Shown here: one piece after another, positions 21,701 through 29,254 of the stretch
How the letters are laid out: each line of letters starts with the position of its first letter
How positions within the stretch are numbered: position 1 is the first letter of the stretch
Origin: an uncultured bacterium
GTDB taxonomy: Bacteria; Chloroflexota; UBA5177; JANWHV01
DNA length: 64,000 nt
NCBI GenBank assembly: GCA_963729625.1
Contig: CAVSOU010000008.1
Location: 544,001-608,000, forward strand
Direction: 5' to 3'
The notes under the pieces: model-generated
What the model was told of the DNA's origin: nothing
The model's database searches: none
What the model saw: the letters and a program-made list of their open reading frames with translations, nothing else
Made by a program: the position numbers and the translations under genes

Positions 21701-24254
21701 CGCCGATCGTGGCCCCGGCCTGTACGGTATCCGTGCCGCCTATGCCGCGGTTTACGTAGCTGAAGGTCGCCACGCCGGCGCTATTTGTCGTGGCGCTCAG
21801 CTGTTGGGCGTTAGGCCCGGTGATGGTGAGCGTGACCGGCGTGTTGGGCACAAGGCTACCGGTAGAATCGGCGGCGGTCACGATGAACTTCTGCTGGCTG
21901 CCGCGGTGCAGACCCACGAAGAGCGGGCTGATGCTGAGCGTGCCGAAGAGCTGCGTCACCCATTGCACGGTACCGGTGTTGGAGGTGATGGTCGGAATGG
22001 CTCCCGCTTGCTGCACGCTCGCTACCACCGTATCCAGGCCGGTCAGGGTGCTAGTGTAGCTGAAAGTCGCGTTGCCCAGGTCGTCGGTGATGGCCTGCCC
22101 CATCACGCCGGCGTTCGGCCCGCTGATCGCGTTGAAGTTCACGGTTACTCCAACCTGCGGCGAGGCGCCGACCACGTCGGCCACATTCGCCGTGAAGGAC
22201 TCAGGCTTCTGTACCTGCTGGCTGGCGCTCAACGGCTGGAGCGTCACCGTGGTGCCCTGCGCGTTCACGCCCGTGGTGCCCATGGGGTGCCACGCGAACA
22301 CGCAATCGGTATTGCCGCCGCCATCGTCGACGATGTGTCCGGTGTCGAACAGACTGGTTTTGCTGCCGTCGCCCAGGCTGACTGTGACGACGGGCGGATA
22401 GTAGAACGGCGGCAGTGCGCTGGTACAGCTGGGGTTGGGCAAGCTCGGCACGTCGTCGCTGGTATCGAAGTCGCCGCCGTTGACGGAAGCGAGGATCACC
22501 GTCTTCCCCGCGGGAATCGTCAACGGGAGCTGCGACGGGATATTCCCGGTCGGATGCAGCCAGGGATCGAGGACCGTCAAGCCGTACGTCGGGTTGGGGA
22601 ATGCGACGGAGACGTCGTTCAGCACGGCAGTATTCGGCGTGTGGTTGTCAATGCGAATGGCTCCGGTGTCGCAATCCACGCCGCTGGTGCAGTTGCCCAC
22701 GAAGATCACGTCCGGCGCACCGGCCCAGGGTCGCGGGAAGTTCAGACCATCTGGGGAACCGTCAGCATACGCTACGGAGACGACCAGTCCCCCGGGTAAG
22801 ACATACGGCGGGGTGGGAGTCGCGTCGGCGGTGGCGGTGTCCGTGGCGGTGTCCGTGGCGGTGCTGGTGTCCGTGTCCGTGGCGGCGGCGGTGCTGGTCG
22901 CGGTTGCCGTGTCCGTGCCGGTTTGGCTCGGCGTTGGCGTATCTGTGACGGCCGTGGTACTGGTTGCCGCCGGCGTCTCGGTGTCTGTGCCGGTGCTCGT
23001 TGCTGTCGAGGTATCCGTAGTGACACTGGTGGTGGTTGAGGCTGGGGTGCTGGTCGTGGTCGGCGTAGCCGTGCCGGTGTCCGTTGGAGATGTGGTAGCG
23101 GTGTCGCTGCCGGTCTGGGTTGGCGTTGGCGTGGTGGTGAGAGCGGAAGTCGTGGTAGCGGTCTCGCTGGCCGTCTGGCTTGGCTCCGGCGTATTAGTAT
23201 CCGTGCCGGTGTGCGCAGGCGTCGTGGTAGCGGTTTCGCTGCCAGTCTGGCTCGGCTCCGGTGTATCGGTGTCTGTGCTGGTGGCGGCGATGCGCGTGGG
23301 AGTCGCCGTTGCAGTGTCCGTACCCGTCGGGCTCGACGTTGGCGTGTTGTTAGGGGCTCCGGTGCTGGTCGCCGTTGGCGTAAGCGTTTGCGTCGGCGCG
23401 TGCGTGACTGTGTTCGTCGGGGTCAGCGATGGCCTGGTGGTTGGCGGTAGCGAAGGTGTGACTGTGCTGGTTGGCGCCGGGGCAGAGGTACCAGTCGGAG
23501 TACTGGTCCATGTATTGGTACGAGAAGGTGTGGCTGTGCCGGTTGACGTCGCATAGGACGTAGCGGTCGGCGTGATGGTGGGGATCGGCGGGAGTGTCGG
23601 CGAGCTCGTGGGGGCCTGGGCACAGACAGGTCCGCCGACAGTATAGAGGATCAGGGCATCCCCATCGCCATCGGCATGGTCATCCCAGTCGCCATTGCTG
23701 TCAGTCTTCACCGTTATGTCGGTCCCAACTGTGGTCGCAGCAAACCGCGACGTGAACGTGACGGTGACCGTCATCGGCAGCCATGTATCGCGCACGTTTC
23801 CTATCCTGATAAGCGTCGGATAGACGGTCGTCGTCAGGTTGACATCGCCGGTTCCTCTTGCCTTGACGTGGGCAATCTGGCTGGCAGGCCAGCAGCCTGA
23901 CAGCAGGACAAAGGCGATTTGCTCTTGCGCTGTGGGTCGCGAGCCGTCGACGCGCCAGGTGAACGTATCCGAAGTCCCGGGCGTAGTAGGCGCTAGCAGC
24001 CTAGCCGTATAGCCCCGGCCAGCAGATCCGGCGTCGTCAATGGCGGCAATAGGCTGATTGGGGGTTCCGGCGGTCGAGCTATCCTCCTCGGTGGCCGTAG
24101 GGGTTGGGCTCTGCCGCGCGTTGACCTGGGCGTGCTGCGCCGCTGCAGCCGGTATGGCAGGCCAGGTCGGAGCTGTGGCGAGAAGCGTGATGAGCACGAG
24201 TGCGGCGCGCAGATAGCTCGCGCGTGCGAAGACCTGTTTCCCCTGACCTCCCAT
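15708..24254 (-). CDS. giant secreted RHS/YD-repeat protein (signal peptide, Thr/Pro linkers, Big-1-like Ig domains, NHL-like propeller, YD shell, C-terminal payload)
   Basis: Many YD repeats; YYLRARYMDPTQGRFLSEDP and YLYARDNPVSLVDPSG core motifs; purine-rich RBS before ATG 24254. Confidence 0.93.
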   Translation of the reverse strand: MGGQGKQVFARASYLRAALVLITLLATAPTWPAIPAAAAQHAQVNARQSPTPTATEEDSSTAGTPNQPIAAIDDAGSAGRGYTARLLAPTTPGTSDTFTWRVDGSRPTAQEQIAFVLLSGCWPASQIAHVKARGTGDVNLTTTVYPTLIRIGNVRDTWLPMTVTVTFTSRFAATTVGTDITVKTDSNGDWDDHADGDGDALILYTVGGPVCAQAPTSSPTLPPIPTITPTATSYATSTGTATPSRTNTWTSTPTGTSAPAPTSTVTPSLPPTTRPSLTPTNTVTHAPTQTLTPTATSTGAPNNTPTSSPTGTDTATATPTRIAATSTDTDTPEPSQTGSETATTTPAHTGTDTNTPEPSQTASETATTTSALTTTPTPTQTGSDTATTSPTDTGTATPTTTSTPASTTTSVTTDTSTATSTGTDTETPAATSTTAVTDTPTPSQTGTDTATATSTAAATDTDTSTATDTATDTATADATPTPPYVLPGGLVVSVAYADGSPDGLNFPRPWAGAPDVIFVGNCTSGVDCDTGAIRIDNHTPNTAVLNDVSVAFPNPTYGLTVLDPWLHPTGNIPSQLPLTIPAGKTVILASVNGGDFDTSDDVPSLPNPSCTSALPPFYYPPVVTVSLGDGSKTSLFDTGHIVDDGGGNTDCVFAWHPMGTTGVNAQGTTVTLQPLSASQQVQKPESFTANVADVVGASPQVGVTVNFNAISGPNAGVMGQAITDDLGNATFSYTSTLTGLDTVVASVQQAGAIPTITSNTGTVQWVTQLFGTLSISPLFVGLHRGSQQKFIVTAADSTGSLVPNTPVTLTITGPNAQQLSATTNSAGVATFSYVNRGIGGTDTVQAGATIGGGAVTSNPVTVPWDALIEVNADTLSHGSVRRYDGVAGNPIDTLLSTGAVDLGIPLDAIVGPDGNLYLSNAGGSGDPVLRFDGATLSPLPAPGQYGSTFVAAGSSALSVNPGHIVFGPDGNLFLLDPSGGAVYRFKGSTGVPLPAPGQSGATFVPAGSGGLASPYDLVFGRDDNLYITDFGDNVIRRYDGTTGAPLPAAGQSGAVFVPRGSGGLLATGGIAVGLDGNLYVSDFDLSAVLRYSGTTGDPLPAPGKSGAIFVDTSSVVQAESLAFGPDGNLYVDTFASTKVDRFDGTTGAPLPAPGQTGAVFISTSIGSFFTASSIAFSGPDVAPSFVPTSTPIPTITLTSTPTSTGTNTPSVTPTGTPTSTLTPSDTPTGTLSPSATPTASGTAANTSTPTSSPTGTRTPTSTPTATAAPTLTATPSATLNPNEHLAASITSPTSAQQVSGKLPIIGSAGVSGGTLAGFTLAYASLGSSVFTTFVTGTSTVSNGTLGTLDTTSLRDGQYTLRLQVSAIDGKTVTFTGPTISVLGRLKVGNLQFTVPDLSVSVTGIPIVVNRSFDNFLRTQGDFGVNWTEATASGSATEDTCLGNITVQLPISNQPMTFNFNPGDTGQNIDGFELFAPAWSPDPTTGATLADINGASTGLASGVDTSAPQCWFDLFNNFSPYAPAKLAVTTTDGTVFKITANVADGLTEVDTPGGNDKLTYASSGVTSTRGPAVQFSRDSQGRITKITDPAGKTILYGYDSNGDLATVTDENGGVTTYHYDSNHDLLGETDPTGRSPATALYNAQGQLTSITDINGKTTTFNVNLNTHQQVITDARGNHTTNIFDDFGDVTQSTDPLGNTTSYTYDPTTHKPLTATDPLGHTTSMAYNTNGDLTQDADPLGNTTSYQYDAQHHLLSQSFNGKTQSTLTYTSFGSPATLQDAMGNTTNFSYVGNSVPSGVTYPNGSSQFLNYVATGVNTYSGPNNAGTTYTRDPLGRVTASTTLVGGGKTAVTSYTYDAAGNMLTTTDPQGGVTTNTYDAAGRLLTTTDPRGNTSSYSYDALGQLVQTVYPDGSTAGEAYDANGNLVASIDQNGRTTQYIYDADNRLVETDYPDGSKTSVGYDAAGRKISSTDGAGDSTTYSYDSANRLTKVTDPLGNSISYGYDPVTGDRTTVTDPAGHVTTYTYDAGHHRTGTSTAVTIGGVPTTVTTAETYSNVNQLASVTDPLGRLTSYAYDPSGNLSRVRDPITNTNPLYQGAIYGYDANGNLNYQNDDVGNVTKYSYDLNNNLTGTTYPDGAAKSYTYDAAGNLATTTNARGQVTTYSYDTMNRVSTIAYPDHTVTYTYYSGGQRKTMGNQQGGSIQTTSYAIDTMGRITTITEPGGSTLQYTYDGAGRRTSLTTLAGTTSYQYDAAGRLIQVVDPAHHTTAYGYDSRGNLAQRTLPNGVTTVYSYDELNRLVSLTTTGPGNVQIWQDLYTIDAAGQRTSVQETDQTGALATYTYSYDADGRLTHEQQSRGGTTLANTAYTYDLAGNRLTRVDDTGTTTSRYNSRGEMTSQTGPGGTTTETYDADGNLLSSANGSVSTSYSYDSQNQLLSVSSGSSTTSYTYDGDGNRTTSTTGGTITTYLVDPNGLDGLPQVVETTQSGGPTVDYVYGNERISMDQGAGALSYYLYDGNQNTRLLAGSAGTVQNSYRYDAFGNLLASTGTVPNPFLYGGQQFDAGVGLYYLRARYMDPTQGRFLSEDPMDPTLKDPLTLHRYLYARDNPVSLVDPSGLDFTLADLSVAQVVDRIATASTWLGGALTALGKGLSIGSTITKIQSAGAETDTVSKDVDVIYGTVDVPGAVQSLTKLTACKAKFTNTSAQGLEDLLCSQVSTGLLTGLIDLAGVTKGITASAAGDTLLATGLNLPAVSVILVFQSLALEWTAGLPRHGNYRNDAYSNFTIGIASLVLGNKLADLGLTIAGVSAAEDVVSTAKALSSGLKTLSTVEAMILAPLAFTVLEASTLDDNPQ
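20720..21650 (-). repeat. NHL-like beta-propeller repeats within the RHS protein
   Basis: Five copies of GPDGNLY...(F/Y)xGxxxxPLPA(P/A)G(Q/K)xGxxF(V/I) plus one degenerate blade. Confidence 0.75.
22810..23610 (-). repeat. Thr/Pro-rich low-complexity linker with SQT(G/A)(S/T)(E/D)TAT repeats
   Basis: Roughly 270 aa dominated by T/P/S/A with internal repeats such as TPEPSQTGSETATT. Confidence 0.75.
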
Positions 24255-24366
24255 GTCGCTCGTTCCCCCTTTGCCGCTCCCAGCTGCTGGCCGTGTGCCT
24301 GCCGTTGCTGGCAAAGCCGGTCCGGTCCGGTCACCTGTGAAGCCTGGGCCCCGCACCATGAGGACA

Positions 24367-24456
24367 ACGCTACTCCGGCCATGTTCGCCGACTGTTGCAG
24401 TTTTGCGTTCGCCCGCCTCTGGCGCGCTTGTGTCCGGGCCTGCTTCCTTGTGTAGC
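24367..24456 (-). promoter_or_regulatory. conserved promoter element, copy A (upstream of the RHS gene)
   Basis: GCTACACAAG-N11-GGACACAAG-N4-CCAGAGG-N2-GGC-N10-CTGCAAC-N20-GTAGCGT. Confidence 0.7.
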
Positions 24457-24578
24457 CGCGGCCCGATCTCGCACGGTCTCCCCCGTATGGATGTGCTCGC
24501 TCAGCCCAAGATCACGCTGATGCGGCTGTAAGCCCGTGGTCTCGAGGATGTTGTTGGGTCCTGTGGCGCCGGCAGTAA

Positions 24579-27500
24579 CTACGTCGATTCGGAGGCGTGT
24601 AGCGCCAGCACGTCGGTGATGATGCCGTTCAGAGACATCGTTTGGCCTTCCGCCCACCTGACGGCGAACATGTCATCAGCGCCGAGCAACTGTCGCACCC
24701 AAGCGACGTCGGCCGCGAATACCTTTTGCGAACTCGGCGGGAGCGGATGGCCGACGGCAGTGTACTCCGCCTCGACGGCACCAAGCAGATTCGCCGCCAG
24801 CGCCGGATTCCCTTCGCCTGCGATCATTAGTGCCCAGTTTTGTAGCACATCGGCCAGCGCCACCCGTTCGCCAAGGGTCCGGTATCCGTGCATGCTGAGG
24901 CGGAAGTGGGCGATCGCCTCCCGATAGTGTTCCTGCTCGCAGGCTATGCGACCCAACTCGTTGTGGACACCTGCACTCCCCGAGATATCGGCCTGTTCAT
25001 CGAACTGTGGTAGCACCGAATCGAGCAACGTCGCGGCACGCGGCAGGTCACCGGCCAGGCGATAGCAGACTGCCTGGTTGAAGAGCGTATAGCGGATCGG
25101 ACAGAACGCGTGGCGGTCATCCAGCGTCCGCCGCTGCCCCAGGCATTCCTCGTTGAGCGTGATGGCACGGGTGTAGTCGCCCTCCTCCTGAGCGACGAGG
25201 GCCAGGTTGTGCAGCGCTCTCACGATATTCGGCGTATCACTCTCGCGCCGGAATATCGCCAACGACTCTTCATAGAGTGCTGCTGCCTGCACCCGGTCTC
25301 CCTGAAACCTGGCGACGTTGCCCAGTCCGTTGAGGGCGTTAGCCACTTCGCCGCTATTGTGCGTGGCACGGCCAAGGGCGAGGCACTCTTCATGCACCGC
25401 ACGGGCCAGTTCGTGATCACCCTGGTTGATCGCGAAGTGGCCTAATCCTCGTAAGGCTCGCAGCCGCGCGACCGGAGCGCCGCCTTCGCGAGAAAGCACG
25501 GCCGAGAGCCAGGTGCGTCCCTCGATCCAATGCCCTCGCGCCGCCCAGAACCACCAGAGTGCTCCTGCCAGGCGGATACCCGCATGCACATCCTCGTCCT
25601 GCCGCACACACCACTCGAGCGCAGCCCGCAGATTGTCGTGCTCAATTTCCATGCGCTCGACCCAGGCGGGCTGAGGGGGACCGTGCGAAGCCGGCCACGC
25701 ACGTTCCGCAAACGCCAGGCACCAGCGCAGATGCCGATCCCGCGCCTGGGCCTCCTCTCCGTGCTCTCGAAGATGCTGGACTGCATAGTGGCGCACTGTC
25801 TCGAGCAGCCGGTAGCGGCACGACGTCTCTGGGTCGTCCTCGATCTGCACCAGGGACTTGCTCGCCAGCCTGGCAAGCAGGTCAGATACGCCGGCTTCCT
25901 CCAACGGGCTGTCCGAACAGACGGCTTCCACGGCGTCGAGCGTCCAACCACCTGCAAATACTGATAGTGTGCGGAACAGTGCCTGTTCGTCGTCGCTGAG
26001 CAGGTCGTAGCTCCAATCCATCACCTCACGGAGCGTCTGATGGCGAGGCAAGGCCGCCCGATTCCCGACCGTGAGCAATCGGAACCGATCGTGCAGCCGG
26101 GCGGCAAGGTCGCCGGGAGAGAGCTGTCCGAGACGAGCAGCCGCCAATTCTATGGCCAGGGGAATTCCGTCGAGTTGGGTGCAGATCTCCACGATGGCCC
26201 GCCAATTGTCGAGCGTCAAGGCAAAGTCAGGCCGCACCAGCCGCGCGCGCTCGACGAGGAGACGCGTCGCGGCGTGCCGGCCCACCTCCTGCAGCGAGAG
26301 CTCGCCTCGCCGGGCCCGTGGAGGGACGGCGAGAGACGGCAACCGCCACACCGTCTCGCCCAGCACACCTAGCGGTTCCCGGCTGGTGGCCAAGATCTGC
26401 GTGCTAGGGCACTCCCGTAAGATAGAGGCCACGAACGCTACGCTAGCGGCTATCACATGCTCGCAGTTGTCGAGGATCAGCAGCATCCGGCCCGACCGCA
26501 GAATGGAGATCAGCGTCGGCAGCGAAGACCGGTCCGTACCTGGATGCAAGCCGAGTGCGCCGGCCGTCTGGCAGGCGATAGGCTCAAGATCAACCTCCCT
26601 TTCAGGCGCCAGCACGGCCAGCTCCACCAACCACAGGCCATCGGGATACACACTCCGCAATTCATGGCCAAGCTCGATCGCCAGGCGCGTCTTTCCGCAG
26701 CCGCCCGCACCGGTCACGGTGAGCAGGCGGCACGCTTGGCCGGCCGGAGATGCCGCGCCACCGGAGAGTAGCCGGGCCAGCGTCGCCAGCTCTTGCTCGC
26801 GTCCGAGAAAGCTGGTCAGCGGCGTGGGCAAGTTGGAATGCTGCGCGGAGGCAGCGTGGCGGCTTGCCACCGCCGCCTGATAGTGCTCCTCGGTTTCGCT
26901 GTCCGGCGCCATGTCGAGATCGCGCCGCAGTGCGTCGGCCACCTGCTTGTAGGTACGGGCAGCCTCGGGAGCCCGCCCGGCCGCGACTTGTACGCGCATC
27001 AGGGATCGCGCCGCCGGCTCATTGCACGCATCGATGGCGAGGACTGCCCGCAGGCAGCGCGCCGCTTCACCCAGCACCCCATCCCGTTCGCGCAGATCGG
27101 CCAGGCGAAGCAAGAGCGCGAGGTACTGCTGGCGTAGCTCCTCCCTGCGCATGACCGCCCACTCATCGTACACGTCGTCCGGCAAATACTCTCCACCATA
27201 GAGCGCCAGTGCGGCCCGGCACGCAACAGCATCCCCGCCAGCCAAAGCGATGGCAGCAGCGCGCTCGAAGGCACGTGCATCCAGCCAGTCCTCAGGCGGC
27301 GTGTTCTCAGGTGCGGGGGCGAGCACCAGCAGGCCGCCCTCAAGGCGCACATACCCGAGCTCTCCCGTGCGCTGTCCCAATACCTTGCGGAGACGGTGAA
27401 CGGTCGTTCGCAGGTATGTGGCGGCCATGGCAGGCTCCTCCTCGGGCCTGAGCAACTCGGCCAGTTGTTCGCGGTGCCGCCGGTGCCGAGGCGCGCTCAG

Positions 27501-27866
27501 CAGGCATTTGAACAGCATTGTTGCCTGGCGGTGACGCCAGGTCTCCGCCGGCAAAGGTGTGCTACCACGCCAAACAGCAAAACCACCGAGCGTTCGCACC
27601 CGAAGCGGCGCGTACGTCTGGGCCGCCACCATCGCTTCAGGCAACTCGAGCGGCTCCGGCGTCGCCGCCGCCTCGGGTGGCAGGTGCTTGCCGATATAAC
27701 GCGAGCGCCGTCGCCCACCCTCGCGCCAGTAGGCATACCAGTAGGGACCGTGACCTGGAGAACCCAACACGCAGGTTGGGCACGCGAGCTTGTTGCAGCG
27801 TCGAAACTGCTGACTATACGTGACGCGTGTCGCCGCCGCCAACTGACCGGTAGCCATGCCGCGCAC
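24579..27866 (-). CDS. AfsR/SARP-like regulator: Cys/His Zn-ribbon (DUF6788-like) + BTAD + NB-ARC/STAND ATPase + TPR
   Basis: RRCNKLACPTC...GHGPYWYAYW; LRVRTLGGF, WLDARAFE, ALALYGGEYLPD (BTAD); TGAGGCGKTRLA, LILDNCEH, LDGIPLAIELAA; TPR tail. Confidence 0.88.
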   Translation of the reverse strand: MRGMATGQLAAATRVTYSQQFRRCNKLACPTCVLGSPGHGPYWYAYWREGGRRRSRYIGKHLPPEAAATPEPLELPEAMVAAQTYAPLRVRTLGGFAVWRGSTPLPAETWRHRQATMLFKCLLSAPRHRRHREQLAELLRPEEEPAMAATYLRTTVHRLRKVLGQRTGELGYVRLEGGLLVLAPAPENTPPEDWLDARAFERAAAIALAGGDAVACRAALALYGGEYLPDDVYDEWAVMRREELRQQYLALLLRLADLRERDGVLGEAARCLRAVLAIDACNEPAARSLMRVQVAAGRAPEAARTYKQVADALRRDLDMAPDSETEEHYQAAVASRHAASAQHSNLPTPLTSFLGREQELATLARLLSGGAASPAGQACRLLTVTGAGGCGKTRLAIELGHELRSVYPDGLWLVELAVLAPEREVDLEPIACQTAGALGLHPGTDRSSLPTLISILRSGRMLLILDNCEHVIAASVAFVASILRECPSTQILATSREPLGVLGETVWRLPSLAVPPRARRGELSLQEVGRHAATRLLVERARLVRPDFALTLDNWRAIVEICTQLDGIPLAIELAAARLGQLSPGDLAARLHDRFRLLTVGNRAALPRHQTLREVMDWSYDLLSDDEQALFRTLSVFAGGWTLDAVEAVCSDSPLEEAGVSDLLARLASKSLVQIEDDPETSCRYRLLETVRHYAVQHLREHGEEAQARDRHLRWCLAFAERAWPASHGPPQPAWVERMEIEHDNLRAALEWCVRQDEDVHAGIRLAGALWWFWAARGHWIEGRTWLSAVLSREGGAPVARLRALRGLGHFAINQGDHELARAVHEECLALGRATHNSGEVANALNGLGNVARFQGDRVQAAALYEESLAIFRRESDTPNIVRALHNLALVAQEEGDYTRAITLNEECLGQRRTLDDRHAFCPIRYTLFNQAVCYRLAGDLPRAATLLDSVLPQFDEQADISGSAGVHNELGRIACEQEHYREAIAHFRLSMHGYRTLGERVALADVLQNWALMIAGEGNPALAANLLGAVEAEYTAVGHPLPPSSQKVFAADVAWVRQLLGADDMFAVRWAEGQTMSLNGIITDVLALHASEST

Positions 27867-27925
27867 CGTTCTCAGGGAACTCCGCCGTCCCTCTACCTAA
27901 TCTCTAAGGTGCCTGAGGTGCTCCT

Positions 27926-28014
27926 GCTACACAAGCGCGTTGGGTGGACACAAGATGACCAGAGGATGGCAGATCGTGGGCTGTAACGGATACGCACGAC
28001 CGCTTGTGTAAGCT
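27926..28014 (+). promoter_or_regulatory. conserved promoter element, copy B (upstream of the small ORF)
   Basis: GCTACACAAG-N10-GGACACAAG-N4-CCAGAGG-N2-GGC-N10-CTGTAAC-N20-GTAAGCT. Confidence 0.7.
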
Positions 28015-28081
28015 GTGCACATAAGCTACGCCAGCGGCTTCAGAGGCATACGGCAAACGGCCCGAGGGAAGATCGAAATCG

Positions 28082-28309
28082 ATGACGAGGTACGATGCCT
28101 ACGTTCTGCGGTTCTGGCAAAGCACGGGAAAGGATGGGCCACAGTGGAAGGGTAGGATAGAACACCTTGGGCGCGGCGAAAGCGTGCAGTTTGACAACCT
28201 GGAGGCCTTACTGCATCACATACGCACAATCGCCGGCGTAGAGCGTGGTCTGGGCAGCATGGACCGCGGTCCAGGACACGGAGAAGCCGGAAAGAGCATG
28301 GCGCCCTAG
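28082..28309 (+). CDS. small hypothetical protein (YVLRFW...WKGRIEH...GE...FDNLEALL)
   Basis: 75 aa with globular-looking composition, GAGGGA RBS-like sequence upstream, divergent from the STAND regulator. Confidence 0.7.
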   Translation: MTRYDAYVLRFWQSTGKDGPQWKGRIEHLGRGESVQFDNLEALLHHIRTIAGVERGLGSMDRGPGHGEAGKSMAP

Positions 28310-28506
28310 CCGTGCAGCGTCCGGGCGACATTGTCGGCAGTGTGATTCGGGAGATCGTCCTCGTGAAGACCAATCCTAGCTACGGGCCTGATGCCTGGCA
28401 TCCGGGCACGGGCACTGTCATCGGGACGGTCTGCACCAGCTAGATTCTGGCTGCGCGCCGGCCCCATCAGCACAAGTCACTCCCAATGTCTTCGCAGCAG
28501 CGACCA

Positions 28507-28542
28507 GCAAGACCTCCGGGACATCGTCGCCGGAGGTCTTGC
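28507..28542. terminator. hairpin downstream of the tandem RHH gene
   Basis: GCAAGACCTCCGG-N10-CCGGAGGTCTTGC, 13-bp perfect arms. Confidence 0.6.
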
Positions 28543-28577
28543 CCGTGCCGAAACAGCAGGAAGGGCCGCGCCCAGGA

Positions 28578-29024
28578 CTACCGCGCCTTCTTCCCCTGGC
28601 CATGCACGCCGTTGGCCCGCTGAAAGGCGAGGTCGTCATTCAGCCGGTAGTCGACGAGCGCTTTGATCAGCATCTGATTGATCGAACCCCGGCAGTTAAA
28701 CGCCTTGGTTCGCAGCCACTCGTACATCTCATCAGTCAGGTGAACGTTGAATTTCACGCTTCCGGCCGCGGCGCCGGTCGGCTTGAGCGCGAGAGGCGTC
28801 GTGACATCGGGCGACATCTCACGCAGGGCCCGGATTGCCGCGAGCACCATGCTGTTCATGCTGCGGCGATCGACGAATGCGCGATAGCGCAGCCACTCGT
28901 ACTGTGCTGCCGGCAGGCGACACTGCATGAATCGCGTTCCGTCCATGGCCGCCGGTGCTGCAACAACCTTTTGCCTATCTATCATCTGCAACACGTGCGA
29001 CGCCTCCTTGGTCATCCTCTTCAT
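28578..29024 (-). CDS. tandem ribbon-helix-helix (Arc-like) DNA-binding protein
   Basis: Two similar units: FMQCRLPAAQYEWLRYRAFVDRRSMNSMVLAAI and FNVHLTDEMYEWLRTKAFNCRGSINQMLIKAL. Confidence 0.7.
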   Translation of the reverse strand: MKRMTKEASHVLQMIDRQKVVAAPAAMDGTRFMQCRLPAAQYEWLRYRAFVDRRSMNSMVLAAIRALREMSPDVTTPLALKPTGAAAGSVKFNVHLTDEMYEWLRTKAFNCRGSINQMLIKALVDYRLNDDLAFQRANGVHGQGKKAR

Positions 29025-29254
29025 TTACCCAGGTAGCCCCCCGGCAACATCGGTCTGGACATCCCTACATTTCTTCCTATCGGCAGCAACTCGGCAAACC
29101 AATAGAGTGAACTTCAGGGCAGTATTGAGCAACGTGGCCAACTGGACTGCAGGGAGCGGGTTTGCTAAGATTGCCTGGATTGGGAGCCTCTTTAGCGAAG
29201 CCGCTACAGAAGCAGTCCACACGATCGACGACGATCATCTGGAGGTCCACGTTC

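Noticed and set aside
19389-23556. Long plus-strand ORFs (704 aa, 373 aa, Val-rich)
   Set aside because: Antisense to Thr-rich and repeat regions of the RHS gene
22810-23610. Repeats considered as a possible CRISPR array
   Set aside because: In-frame coding repeats with no constant repeat-spacer structure and no cas genes
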